Assembly (NCBI GenBank): GCA_965216875.1
Contig: OZ244207.1
Location: 7,008,001-7,072,000, forward strand
Source of the DNA: Rubripirellula sp.
GTDB lineage: Bacteria; Planctomycetota; Planctomycetia; Pirellulales; Pirellulaceae
Direction of reading: 5' to 3'
Length of the DNA stretch: 64,000 bases
Positions 38,251 through 48,515 of this stretch are shown here, piece by piece (positions within the stretch are counted from its first letter, which is position 1; every line of letters begins with the position of its first letter). The position numbers and the translations under genes were made by a program. The notes under the pieces were generated by a model. That model searched no databases and was not told the origin of the DNA. It saw only the letters and a program-made list of their open reading frames with translations.

Positions 38251-39231
38251 TCACCTCGGGTATCGAATCACGTCTCGTTTTCCACCAGGATGCGTGAACT
38301 CGATTTCGAGACGCGTAACGGTGCCAGCGCGAATCGCGGTATCGACACGGTCAATGTCACCCTGTGATCGTGCAGCCGTGCCATTGATGGAACGAATGAC
38401 TGTGCCTCGTTTGGCCAATCCAAGTTGCTGTGCCAATCCGTCACTAGTGCCATGTGAGACGATCAGGCCGGTGTTGTTGCGAAACACCTTCAACCCTAGT
38501 GGTTTGAGCTTGACCGATGGCGGTCGTGGTGTTGGTGAGGGGGTGTTGGATTGGGTCAATCGAATGTTGTAGGGGCGTCCGTTTCGAATCAGCCGAAGGA
38601 GGATCACGCCGTTTCGATAGACGTACGCACGTGCCGCTCCGTCGGTCGTGGAAACGGGAATTCGGTTGACTGAATCGAGCACATCGCCGGCGCGGATTCC
38701 GCGTCGATCTCCTAGCCCCCGCGGCACAACTCGGATCACACGCACCTGTTGACCGCTAAGCGTTTGGACAACCTCCAAGTCGATCTGCAGATCGGGGCCT
38801 CGTTGATTGCCCGGATAAATGGGGCCAACCGGTAACGAAGGGATTCCCGGAATGATGGGCGGGCCAATGGGGCCGACGACTGGACCGATCGGAGACACGG
38901 CGTTGCCAAGCGTGATGCGCTGGCCGCGACGACTGACAACAAGCGCCACCCTGCCCCGCCCCGACGCGATCGCGCGTTCGTTGTTGACGGCATCACCCGG
39001 AGGCAAGCCGTTGACACTGATGATTTCGTCGCCGGGGAAGACACCTAGGCGACTCGCCAGACCTCCGGGGACAACCGTTCGCACTTGAAGCGTTGGTGGT
39101 CCGACCGGGCCCGAGAGCAGGTTGCCAACCACGCCCAGCCCTTGGCTTTGAGCCGTGCTGCTAGCGACAAGGGCCAGAACACCAAACGAAAGCAAACGTG
39201 CACTGAAAGAGTGTGTGATCTTGCCAATCAT
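38251..39231 (-). CDS. Exported multi-PDZ protein with Pro/Gly-rich linkers
   Basis: Signal peptide from MIGKITH; three PDZ-like units (V.PGGLASRLGVFPGDEIISVNG; V.PRGLGDRRGIRAGDVLDSVN; GLAQQLGL..GTVIRSING). Confidence 0.78.
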   Translation of the reverse strand: MIGKITHSFSARLLSFGVLALVASSTAQSQGLGVVGNLLSGPVGPPTLQVRTVVPGGLASRLGVFPGDEIISVNGLPPGDAVNNERAIASGRGRVALVVSRRGQRITLGNAVSPIGPVVGPIGPPIIPGIPSLPVGPIYPGNQRGPDLQIDLEVVQTLSGQQVRVIRVVPRGLGDRRGIRAGDVLDSVNRIPVSTTDGAARAYVYRNGVILLRLIRNGRPYNIRLTQSNTPSPTPRPPSVKLKPLGLKVFRNNTGLIVSHGTSDGLAQQLGLAKRGTVIRSINGTAARSQGDIDRVDTAIRAGTVTRLEIEFTHPGGKRDVIRYPR

Positions 39232-39391
39232 GGTCGTGCCCTTCCCCCTGCGGCGCGTGGCCGACAAAGTTTCGTGGTGGAATGCTGAGAACATTTGGTG
39301 TTCAAGACACCAATGAACTACCATCCTGATCGTAAGTTGCCGAAATCGCCTGGTCAAACATCGATGAGATGTTTCAAGAGTAAGGAAAACA

Positions 39392-40972
39392 ATGCGTTTT
39401 AGAGTTTTTTGTGCGGGGTGGGCCATCGTCGCAAGCTGGATGATGCTCGCAGATTTGCGACCAGTTGCGGCCGAACCGGCACGTCCCAACGTTGTCTTGA
39501 TTTTGGTCGATGACATGGGGCTCCACGATTTGTCGTGCGAGGGCAGCACCTTTTACGAAAGTCCCAACATCGACAAGTTGGCGGCAACTGGGATGCGATT
39601 CACCCAAGGCTACGCGAATTGCCGAGTCTGTAGCCCTTCGCGAGCGAGTATCCAGTTGGGTCAATTCACGGCGCGACACGGCGTGACCAATTGGATCGGT
39701 GCCAAGAGTGGCATGGAGTGGAATCGTGCAGACCGACTCTTGCCTGCGGAATACGTGCACAATCTTCCCAGCGAAGATGAAACGCTTGCCGAGACGTTGA
39801 GCGAGGCAGGTTACAAAACGTTCTTTGCCGGTAAATGGCATCTGGGCGGCGATGGTTCGCATCCCGAAGATCATGGCTTTCAAGTCAACGTTGGCGGCCA
39901 TCATCGCGGAAGTCCACCAGGCGGTTTCTTTTCGCCCTACAACAATCCCAAAATGTCGAACGGCCCCAACGGAGAATCGCTGACGCTTCGATTGGGAGAC
40001 GAAACCGCCAACTTCATCAAGGCGAACAAAGAGCAACCCTTCTTCGCGATGCTCTCGTTCTATGCGGTGCATGCGCCGGTGCAGACGACTTCTGAGCTTT
40101 GGAAGAAGTACCAGAAAGCCGCCCCCGAACTACCAGAGGGAGCGCAACGATTTAAAGTCGACCGCACGTTGCCTGTACGCCAGGTACAAGATCACCCCGT
40201 TTACGCTGGAATGGTCGAGCTGACCGATCGCGCCGTCGGCAAGGTGCTCGATACGCTTGATGAAACGGGTTTGGCCGATTCGACAATTGTGATCTTTACC
40301 AGTGACAACGGTGGTGTTTCCTCCGGCGATGCATACGCCACCAGTAACCTGCCACTGCGCGGTGGAAAGGGTCGGCAGTGGGAAGGCGGGATTCGGGAAC
40401 CTTACTACATCCGCTATCCCAAAGTGACCAAGGCCAATACCACCTGCGATGTTGCGGTGACCGGCGCCGATTTTTACCCAACCATCCTCGATCTTTGTTC
40501 ATTGCCCGCTAAGCCCGATCAACATGTCGATGGGGTGTCGCTACGACCGCTACTCGAAGGTGGCAAGATCGATTCGCGTCCGCTGTATTGGCACTACCCC
40601 CACTATGACAACCAAGGTGGGGAACCGAGTTCGATCATTCGCGTCGGCGACTGGAAACTGATTCACTACTACGACGATGGACGCGACGAACTTTACCACT
40701 TGGCAGTCGATCCGAGCGAAGAAAGTGATCTCGCTCGGAGCTATCCGGCACGAACCAAAGAGCTGTCCGAGCAATTGTTGCAATGGCTCGAGTCGGTTGA
40801 TGCAAAGTTCCCTGAGCCTGACCCGAGATACAAGCCTGAAGTGACAGAAGCGAAGTTCCTACGTGCGCAAACGGTTCTCAAAGACCGGCTCGAAAAGACT
40901 CACGCGGCGATGCTTGATCCCCAATGGAAACCCAACCCAACGTGGTGGGGCAGTCAGGTGACCAAGGACTAA
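39392..40972 (+). CDS. Formylglycine-dependent sulfatase
   Basis: RPNVVLILVDDMG, CSPSRAS, GKWHLG, FTSDNGG, WEGGIREP. Confidence 0.95.
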   Translation: MRFRVFCAGWAIVASWMMLADLRPVAAEPARPNVVLILVDDMGLHDLSCEGSTFYESPNIDKLAATGMRFTQGYANCRVCSPSRASIQLGQFTARHGVTNWIGAKSGMEWNRADRLLPAEYVHNLPSEDETLAETLSEAGYKTFFAGKWHLGGDGSHPEDHGFQVNVGGHHRGSPPGGFFSPYNNPKMSNGPNGESLTLRLGDETANFIKANKEQPFFAMLSFYAVHAPVQTTSELWKKYQKAAPELPEGAQRFKVDRTLPVRQVQDHPVYAGMVELTDRAVGKVLDTLDETGLADSTIVIFTSDNGGVSSGDAYATSNLPLRGGKGRQWEGGIREPYYIRYPKVTKANTTCDVAVTGADFYPTILDLCSLPAKPDQHVDGVSLRPLLEGGKIDSRPLYWHYPHYDNQGGEPSSIIRVGDWKLIHYYDDGRDELYHLAVDPSEESDLARSYPARTKELSEQLLQWLESVDAKFPEPDPRYKPEVTEAKFLRAQTVLKDRLEKTHAAMLDPQWKPNPTWWGSQVTKD

Positions 40973-40973
40973 C

Positions 40974-41080
40974 GTAGGCCGGATCAAGGAGCGACAGCGA
41001 CGCGGATCCGGCATCCTGTTCTTAGTCTTACTTCAGAAGGAAGAGCCCGAAAATTCCGGCTAAGGATCGGTACTACGAAC
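40974..41080. repeat. Mixed REP pair: family C (40974-41012) and inverted family A (41056-41080)
   Basis: Sequence matches to other copies; between convergent genes. Confidence 0.82.
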
Positions 41081-41108
41081 GGTCGCGTTTGACCACGGCT
41101 CCGTCGCT

Positions 41109-42947
41109 TCAGAGTTCTTCGGCCAGCGCGTCGAGTTGTCGTTGGGCCTCCTCGACGGCCGGTTGCGCCCAGGCGTCTTCACCGTGAATCGTGACAATCC
41201 CTTCGAGTAGCTTTCGCGTTTCATCCACGGGCGCTTTTTCGACGCTGTCGCGGATCTTTTCGAGCAACTCTTTCGCCCGAGAGTCGATGGGGACTTCGGG
41301 TTGGCGGCCACGTAGCGTCTTGATCGCGTGCGTCGCAAGCTCAACCATTTCTTGTTCTTGCGGTTCCAAACGTTTGGTGGAACTGTCGTGGACATTCAAC
41401 CAGGCATCGAGTTGTGCAATCGCTTCGGTGGGCCGCTCCTCACGCGCGGTCATTGCGTCGAGAAACCCTTGTTCCATCGCATCCAATGGTTTCCCAAAAC
41501 GCGCGTTGAGTCGGCGAATGGTACGGACAAGCTTGGCATCGAGATAAAGTCCATGGACTTCATCAAACTGCTCTTCCTCGGTGAAGCGTCGCAGGTATTC
41601 CTCCATGGCTTGCATCCGCTGTGGACCGCCAGTTTCTTTTGCAACGATAACGTCATACAACTCGCTTGCGCCGCGCGAACGGGTTGATTGCAAGAACCAA
41701 ACGCCTCCGCCGAACATGCAAAGAAGGACGGCAACCAACAAAATGAGATTCAGCCTACCGCCTTCGGTTTCATTGGATGCCTTAAAAATACCGCTCGCCG
41801 AACTCGATTCATCGACCGTCTGGAAGTGTGTTTTCTTCTCTTCGACCAGAGGTTCGGATTCTCCAGGCATCGCGGTAGGGCCGGCGCCGGTGGCAAACGT
41901 TTGCTCGTCGGCCGAGTATTGGGAAACGCCTTTGGACTCCGCGCCGTCTCTGGAAACGCCCGGGCCACCTTTGGAGACAATGGTGCGGTGCTTTGAATCC
42001 TTTTTGTCGTCGGCGAGGCCCGTTGCGGCCGAACCGAGGCCACCGTCGGTAAGGTTGGTTTCGCGTTCTTCAGCCGCGCCGGCTTCGGTTGGCAACTCGT
42101 CGGCCAGGATGGTTTGTTCCCGTTGCAAGCCGGCTCGCATTGCCTTCAGGCGATTCATCACTGCAAGTGCGGTTGGCGGTCGATCGGCGGGGTCTTTCTC
42201 GAGCAGTTCGTGGACTAGAGACACGACGGCATCAGGGAGTTCGGGGTTGATCAAGCCGAGCGGAACGGGACGCTCGCGTTTGAGCGATTCAATCACCTCG
42301 GTGACTTTCTTGCCGGTGAACGGCGGTCGGCTTGTCAGCATCGCGTACATCACGCTTCCGAGCGCATAGAGGTCGGTTCGCGCTGTAATCCCGGTGCTGG
42401 AAGCTTGCTCGGGCGCCATGTAGTCGGCGGTGCCAAGCACGGAGCCAGCCATGGTTTGTTCGCCGTCGCCAAAGATCTTTGCGATGCCAAAGTCGACCAG
42501 TTTGACTTGATCGTTTTCGGTAATGATCAGGTTGGCTGGCTTGAGGTCACGGTGAATCACGCCGATGTCGTGAGCATGTTTGAGCGCCGCACAGATCTGA
42601 ATCGCGATGTCGATCGTGGTTTGCCAATCAAGGCGTTTCTCGCGTCGAATTCGCTTTTGTAAGGATTCGCCTTCGACGAGCTCCATTGAATAGAAAAGTT
42701 GGCCGCGTTCCTCGCCGAATCCAATCAGTCGGACGATCCCGTCGTGTCGCAGCCGTTGAAGCGTTTTGACTTCGGCGTCAAATCGACGACGAAAACGGGG
42801 TTCGTTGGCGACATGCGCCGCGATGAGTTTCACCGCCACTCGCTCGCCCGACTTGGCGTGCACGCCCGAATAGACCGTTCCCATTCCGCCACGACCGAGC
42901 GGTTCTTCGATACGGTAAGGTCCGAGAAATTCGAATTCTGACGACAT
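41109..42947 (-). CDS. Membrane-anchored Hanks-type Ser/Thr protein kinase
   Basis: LGRGGMGTVY, VAVK, HRDLKPAN, DFGIAK, YMAPE; one TM, helical C-terminal domain. Confidence 0.95.
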   Translation of the reverse strand: MSSEFEFLGPYRIEEPLGRGGMGTVYSGVHAKSGERVAVKLIAAHVANEPRFRRRFDAEVKTLQRLRHDGIVRLIGFGEERGQLFYSMELVEGESLQKRIRREKRLDWQTTIDIAIQICAALKHAHDIGVIHRDLKPANLIITENDQVKLVDFGIAKIFGDGEQTMAGSVLGTADYMAPEQASSTGITARTDLYALGSVMYAMLTSRPPFTGKKVTEVIESLKRERPVPLGLINPELPDAVVSLVHELLEKDPADRPPTALAVMNRLKAMRAGLQREQTILADELPTEAGAAEERETNLTDGGLGSAATGLADDKKDSKHRTIVSKGGPGVSRDGAESKGVSQYSADEQTFATGAGPTAMPGESEPLVEEKKTHFQTVDESSSASGIFKASNETEGGRLNLILLVAVLLCMFGGGVWFLQSTRSRGASELYDVIVAKETGGPQRMQAMEEYLRRFTEEEQFDEVHGLYLDAKLVRTIRRLNARFGKPLDAMEQGFLDAMTAREERPTEAIAQLDAWLNVHDSSTKRLEPQEQEMVELATHAIKTLRGRQPEVPIDSRAKELLEKIRDSVEKAPVDETRKLLEGIVTIHGEDAWAQPAVEEAQRQLDALAEEL

Positions 42948-43068
42948 TTTTGTGGGCTGCGCAGTCGGGAAACGGAGAGTGAATCACATTCTAACCCGAT
43001 CTTGAGGATTGTCGGGTGCGGGGCAAATCCTCTTTCCCAGCCGACGGCAGTCCCCGTAAGATGCTGCC

Positions 43069-44781
43069 ATGAATGGAAGCGACTCAAATGTGAAGAATGA
43101 TCAACAGCCGAATGAAAAAGGCACGTCCTCGCCGAGGACGCGCAGGTTTCTCGGTTGGTCAGCCGCCTCAGCCTTGCTGCTTTGGCTTTCACAGCCCCCG
43201 TTTGCAATTTGGCCCGTCGCAACCATCGCTCTGGTTCCGTGGTTGTTCGTCATCGCATGGCCGACACGGATGACACGTCGTGAGGGCGCCGCCATTTGGT
43301 TGGTCGCGACGATCTATTGGTTGGTCACACTTCAAGGTCTGCGAAACGCCCATCCAGTGATGTACGTCAGTTGGATGGCATTGTCGGCATACCTCGCGGT
43401 CTACCCGCTGTTGTTTGTGCTGATCACGCGTCGCTTGGTGCGACGTCGTGTACCGCTAGTCCTTTCCGCCCCGATCGCCTGGGTCGGATGTGAATGCGTG
43501 CGCAACTATTTTCTTAGCGGTATCTCGGCAGCAATGCTTGGGCACACCATGGCCGATGTTCCGGACATGATCCAAATCGCTGATCTGTTTGGAACGTACG
43601 GTGTGAGCTGGCTTTTGGTGACCGTCAACGTGGCGGTCTTTCTGTTGGTGCAAGCGGTACGCGGTCAAGCGAAATGGAAGGCGGCGATTCCGTCGGCGGT
43701 TGTGGCAAGTCTTCTCGTGATCGCGACGGTTGGGTATGGACGTGTGCGTCGCGGCGAGCCGCTTGAGGATTCACTGGCGACCTTTGCATTGATTCAGCGA
43801 AGTGAAGTGGTCGAGTACGTCCAAGACCTCGCCCGCGAAACTGAAATGTTCCAAAACTACGCGCTCGAGACTCTCGAAGCGCTGCGAGGAAGCCAGCAAC
43901 CTGTCAACGCCATCGTGTGGCCCGAATCGATGTACACCGGTGGAAGTCCCTGGTGGATCGCTGAAAAGGACGCCGTGCTTCCCGTTGAAGAAGTCGAATT
44001 CACTCGCGAGGAGTTCGAGTTGGCGATCAAACAGCGCCAAGACATCTTCGTCGATCGATCTCGATACATGCAGGTGAACCTGGCAACGGTCAACGGTACA
44101 CCTCCCAAGCCACCGCATTTGATTGTGGGTTGCGGCGTCGTCCGCTATCACGAGCGAAAGGACATGCACAGTGGCGTGGTTCATGTCGACGGTAAGGGGA
44201 ACGTCGCCGACTGGTACGGGAAAACGCACTTGGTTCTGATCGGCGAATATGTGCCGATCATCCCCAGCCTGCCCGTGATCGGAAACTTGGTGCCCGAATC
44301 GCTGACATTGAAACCTGGGCCTGGACCCATCACGCTTGATGTTGATGGGACGCGCGTTTCACCGAGCATATGCATTGAGACTGCGGTCGAACGGGTAACC
44401 GTCAACCAAATCGCCGAACTGCGCCAGCGCGGTGAGATGCCCGACGTCGTCGTCAACGTGACCAACGATGGTTGGTTTGATCAGTCATCCGTGATCGACC
44501 ACCACCTTCGCAGCGGGCAACTGGTTGCGGTGGCGTGCCGCCGACCAATCCTTTCGGCGGCCAACAATGGACCGACCGCTTGGATCGATAGCTACGGCCA
44601 GCTCGTCGAGAGGTTGCCCACCGGGTCGTCGGGCAACATCATCGCCAAGCCACTCAAGGATCAACGCACAAGCCTCTATGTACTTATTGGCGATTGGCCG
44701 GCAAGAATCGTCGCCTTGATCGCGATGATCGCGTTGGTGCTGCCTTCGAAACCGCGCGAGTCGACGGATAACGATCAGTAG
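43069..44781 (+). CDS. lnt: Apolipoprotein N-acyltransferase
   Basis: N-terminal TMs, IVWPES, YGKTHLVLIGEY, ICIE, NVTNDGWF, AANNG. Confidence 0.9.
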   Translation: MNGSDSNVKNDQQPNEKGTSSPRTRRFLGWSAASALLLWLSQPPFAIWPVATIALVPWLFVIAWPTRMTRREGAAIWLVATIYWLVTLQGLRNAHPVMYVSWMALSAYLAVYPLLFVLITRRLVRRRVPLVLSAPIAWVGCECVRNYFLSGISAAMLGHTMADVPDMIQIADLFGTYGVSWLLVTVNVAVFLLVQAVRGQAKWKAAIPSAVVASLLVIATVGYGRVRRGEPLEDSLATFALIQRSEVVEYVQDLARETEMFQNYALETLEALRGSQQPVNAIVWPESMYTGGSPWWIAEKDAVLPVEEVEFTREEFELAIKQRQDIFVDRSRYMQVNLATVNGTPPKPPHLIVGCGVVRYHERKDMHSGVVHVDGKGNVADWYGKTHLVLIGEYVPIIPSLPVIGNLVPESLTLKPGPGPITLDVDGTRVSPSICIETAVERVTVNQIAELRQRGEMPDVVVNVTNDGWFDQSSVIDHHLRSGQLVAVACRRPILSAANNGPTAWIDSYGQLVERLPTGSSGNIIAKPLKDQRTSLYVLIGDWPARIVALIAMIALVLPSKPRESTDNDQ

Positions 44782-45836
44782 CGGTATTCCTTCGAAACCG
44801 CGCCCATCTTGCCGCGTTTGCGACCATCACCTGTGGTCGCTCCATTGTCAAAGACAAACCAAGTCTTGAAGGTACCACGGCGCGTCGGTTCCGAGACGCG
44901 CACCGAGAACGAACCGTCGCGTTTCACTTTGCCAACGTAATGCTTGGTCCAGTACTCGCCCGGTCGTGATTCGGATTCGTCCGCGACAATCGCAAACATT
45001 GGTCGCCGGTTTGCGCGAACCTTGCCGCTAATATCGACTGCTTTCTCTTGGCGATTGACCGTGTACTTCATGTCGGCAACGCTCAGCCTTGGAAGCCGAC
45101 CGCGATCGTCGGTAACGCCACGGAAGGTGGGATGATGCGCGATCAACGCTGCGGCCGCTTCGCTCAAATAGACCCTCGGCTCGGGGGCTTTCACGATTCG
45201 GCGGAACGAGGGGTGGTTCGGGCCCATCAAAGTGTTGCCTGCCATGTCACCAGTACGTGGGCCGATGTGCGGCAATTGAAACCCGTGTCCCAGTTCGTGG
45301 ATCATTCCTTTGAGAGTCAGGTCTGCCAAGAACTTGTCGCCAAGCGGTTTTGCATTGTCGATCTTTCCCGGTGTTGAATCGTAATTGCAAACCGACCAGC
45401 CTCCGATTTTTGGAGCGAACCCACCGCGGTAGTTTGCAAAACGAGTGGGCGGGTCACCTTTGTAAACGAAGATCCACCACACCTGGCGGGCATCATCAAT
45501 CGGATGATCCTTTTTCGCCGCTGCGATCGCTTCTTCTTTGAGCGACGGATCCTTGTAGTCCGAAGCGGGCTTCGATCCCTTCACCACCGTGACTTCGGCG
45601 TGCCCGTCAGATGTGCGACGAAAGGGCGACACGACGTCGTTGTGCCCCCAACGTTTGAGTCCGTCGATGAAGAAGTTCTCGGTGTAGTCAATCGTTTCGT
45701 CCATCCGCTGTTGGTAGCCGGCCGGCACCTCAACGTCGTTAGGAACAAAAAGTATGACATGCACCTGGCAGGGTGGCGCAGCGACCAGAGTGGAGGCAAT
45801 GCAAACAACAAGAGCGATAGGGAGGGCACCACGCAT
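44775..45836 (-). CDS. Exported zinc metallopeptidase, metzincin-like
   Basis: Signal peptide; HELGHGFQLPH followed by NTLMG (Met-turn-like). Confidence 0.7.
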   Translation of the reverse strand: MRGALPIALVVCIASTLVAAPPCQVHVILFVPNDVEVPAGYQQRMDETIDYTENFFIDGLKRWGHNDVVSPFRRTSDGHAEVTVVKGSKPASDYKDPSLKEEAIAAAKKDHPIDDARQVWWIFVYKGDPPTRFANYRGGFAPKIGGWSVCNYDSTPGKIDNAKPLGDKFLADLTLKGMIHELGHGFQLPHIGPRTGDMAGNTLMGPNHPSFRRIVKAPEPRVYLSEAAAALIAHHPTFRGVTDDRGRLPRLSVADMKYTVNRQEKAVDISGKVRANRRPMFAIVADESESRPGEYWTKHYVGKVKRDGSFSVRVSEPTRRGTFKTWFVFDNGATTGDGRKRGKMGAVSKEYRY

Positions 45837-45932
45837 GGCAGGTCTTTGGGCAAGGCGGGAGATGATCGAAGCTTCTGTTCAGCGGGAAATTGTAATGGCA
45901 TATCTTGGGTAAAGGCCGCGACTTTGCCAACT

Positions 45933-46008
45933 TGAGCCGTACGCGCTAGCGTCGGGCCTTGCGAGATGCGCTAAGAGTGAAAGGCCCGACGCTAGCGCGT
46001 TCGGCTCA
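45933..46008. repeat. REP family E inverted pair
   Basis: TGAGCCGTACGCGCTAGCGTCGGGCC ... GGCCCGACGCTAGCGCGTTCGGCTCA. Confidence 0.88.
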
Positions 46009-46029
46009 TGGTGGTTTGGCATTCTCATT

Positions 46030-46067
46030 AAAAACCTCCCCGCGAATTTTCACGGGGAGGTTCTTTT
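46030..46067 (-). terminator. Rho-independent terminator of the EF-G paralogue (bidirectional form)
   Basis: Minus strand reads AACCTCCCCG-tgaaaattcg-CGGGGAGGTTTTT. Confidence 0.8.
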
Positions 46068-46095
46068 GGAAATCGATCGAAGGCATTGTGCGGCG

Positions 46096-48198
46096 TTAGC
46101 TCGCCACTTCCTCTTCCGACTCTTGCTTGGACGCCGCCATCAACGAACGCTGGACATCGCCGGGCACCGTTTCATAGTGGCTGAAACTAATCGTGTAGCT
46201 TCCTTGACCACCTGTGACGCTGGAAAGCGTTCGGTTGTAGTGGCCGACCGCGCGAAGCGGGACTTCGCATTCGATCTGTTGCAATCCACCGCCAATCGCG
46301 TCGCTTCCGAGCACACGACCGCCGCGGCTGCTCATGTCGCTGTAAATATCGCCGACATGATCTTCGGGCGTGGTCACATGCATCATCACCACAGGTTCAA
46401 GCAAGGCTGGTTTTGCTTTCAAGAAGATGTCGCGAAAGCAAAGGCTGGCGGCCATCTTGAATGCCGCTTCGCTACTGTCGACAGGATGGTGTTTACCAAA
46501 GTGCACTTCGACCGCAACGTCCTGGATCGTGTAGCCCGCGATCACGCCGCGAGTGAGCCGTTCCAAGAATCCTTTTTCGATTGCAGGCATGAAGTTACCT
46601 GGGATCACGCCACCGACAATCGAATCGACCCACAAGAAATTGCTTTCGGGGTGGTAGTGATGCGATTTCATCGATGGGAAACGCGCTTTGGTCGCAAACG
46701 ACTCAATGTCCGTTCCGCGAGGCAGCGGCATCATGCGAATATGCACTTCGCCGAACTGGCCGCGTCCACCACTCTGTTTCTTGTGCCGATAACTTCCATC
46801 GGCGGGCTGAGTGATGGTTTCGCGGTAGGGGATTCGAGGGTCGTGTGTTTCGACCTCGATCTTGTCCCGTCGCAACAATCGCTCCTGCAAGATCTGCAGA
46901 TGCAATTCACTCGTGCCCGTCATCACCATTTCGCTGGTTTGCGGGTCACGGGTCAGCGTGAGCGTCGGGTCTTCCTCGGTCAATTTGTGTAACGCGACGG
47001 CGAGTTTGTTTTCGTCGCCACGCTTGCTGGTCGAAATCGCTACGCCGACCATCGGTTCGGGGAACCCGATCGCGGGCAGTTCGTTGGCGCCAAGTGATGA
47101 CCCGACGTGCAGGTCGTCCATTTTGGCGATCGCGATGATGTCGCCAGCCGACGCCGATTCAATTTGCTCGGTCTGTTCGCCTTGAATGCGAAGCAGCGGG
47201 TTGAGCTTCACGTCTTTTCGCACGCCGCTGACGTGAACGGCCTGATCTTTGGCGAGCGAGCCGCTGTAGATACGAATGTAGCTCAGCTTCTGAACAAACG
47301 GGTCGACACGAACCTTGAAAACTTGAGCTGACAAGGGAGCATCGGCGGTTTGGTCAATCACCACCGCGTTTCCTTCGGCGTCCGTAGCCGTTCGCTCGAT
47401 CTCGTGAGGTTCGGGTGTGATCGCTTCCCACACATCAAGCATTTCTTTCAAGCCGACGCCTGTTGTTGCAGAAACACATAAAACAGGAATGACTTCGCCC
47501 GCCGCAGTTGCTTCTTCGAGCAACCGAGCAAGTGTTGTGGCGTCAGGCATGACTCCTTCGAAATATTGCTCCATCAGCGTCTCGTCCGTTTCAACCAGTT
47601 TTTCAACCAGTTGTTCGTGGGCGAGTGCCAAGTTCATCACGGCGCCTTGAGCTTCACCGGGAAGTTCGATGGTCGATGCGACTTCGGTGAAAGAGTCGCC
47701 TTGGCCGACGGGGACTTGGACCGGGATCACACCGCTGCCCCATAGTTCGCGGCACTGATCGAACAGGCTGCTGAAATCGGCTTGGGGGTCATCCAGTTTG
47801 GTGACCACAATCATTCGGGCGATGCCCGCTTTTTCCGCCTCTTCCATCGCCCGGCGAGTATTCAACTGAATGCCGTCGTGAGCGTTGATGCAAACCACGG
47901 CACAGTCCGCCGCCGCGATGGCTCCAATCATGCCCGAGATAAAGTCCGAGTAACCCGGTGTGTCGAGAACGTTGAATTGAGTCTTGCCGTGAGAGAAGTG
48001 GACCAGAGAAGACTCGATAGAATGCCCGTGCTTTTTTTCTTCTTCGTCAAAGTCGCTGATGCTGGTCTGGTCAGCGACATCCGGAGTCCCTTCAACGGTT
48101 CCGGTCTCGGCCAACAAGCGATCCACGAGCGTCGTCTTGCCGGCCGATGCGTGGCCGCAGATCGCTAGATTCCTCCTCGAGGCAGTGGAACTTGCCAT
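46096..48198 (-). CDS. fusA: Elongation factor G paralogue (EF-G2/EFG II-like)
   Basis: Five-domain EF-G layout (GELHL-like SELHL, YRETI, KQSGGRGQFG, LLEP) with divergent G motifs GHASAGKT, HGHSI, DTPGY, TKLD; not in a ribosomal protein operon. Confidence 0.9.
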   Translation of the reverse strand: MASSTASRRNLAICGHASAGKTTLVDRLLAETGTVEGTPDVADQTSISDFDEEEKKHGHSIESSLVHFSHGKTQFNVLDTPGYSDFISGMIGAIAAADCAVVCINAHDGIQLNTRRAMEEAEKAGIARMIVVTKLDDPQADFSSLFDQCRELWGSGVIPVQVPVGQGDSFTEVASTIELPGEAQGAVMNLALAHEQLVEKLVETDETLMEQYFEGVMPDATTLARLLEEATAAGEVIPVLCVSATTGVGLKEMLDVWEAITPEPHEIERTATDAEGNAVVIDQTADAPLSAQVFKVRVDPFVQKLSYIRIYSGSLAKDQAVHVSGVRKDVKLNPLLRIQGEQTEQIESASAGDIIAIAKMDDLHVGSSLGANELPAIGFPEPMVGVAISTSKRGDENKLAVALHKLTEEDPTLTLTRDPQTSEMVMTGTSELHLQILQERLLRRDKIEVETHDPRIPYRETITQPADGSYRHKKQSGGRGQFGEVHIRMMPLPRGTDIESFATKARFPSMKSHHYHPESNFLWVDSIVGGVIPGNFMPAIEKGFLERLTRGVIAGYTIQDVAVEVHFGKHHPVDSSEAAFKMAASLCFRDIFLKAKPALLEPVVMMHVTTPEDHVGDIYSDMSSRGGRVLGSDAIGGGLQQIECEVPLRAVGHYNRTLSSVTGGQGSYTISFSHYETVPGDVQRSLMAASKQESEEEVAS

Positions 48199-48515
48199 AA
48201 CTCAGTCTCCTTCAAGAAAAGTCGGCAGCTGATGCCAACCCCCAGGCTGGCCAAGCCACCAAGCGGAAGATAACACTCCAATGTACGGGGCTCTGAGTCG
48301 CTATGCAAAGAAATTAGGTGGTCCAGACCCACCTTAGCGACGATTTGACGCCATGGGAGGGGCGATCAGATTGCCCTCGTTCCCAAGCCTCGCCACTCGA
48401 TCACCACCAAGAGGTAGGATCAGAAACAGGTGCACAGGACGATGCGATCTTCGCACCGGCGTTGGATCGCGAAATCGCCCTTGCTCGGCGTCGAATGATT
48501 TTCTACCTATGCGGA

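Noticed and set aside
39232..39549. N-terminal extension of the PDZ ORF
   Set aside because: Overlaps the divergent sulfatase; the purine-rich RBS and signal peptide point to 39231
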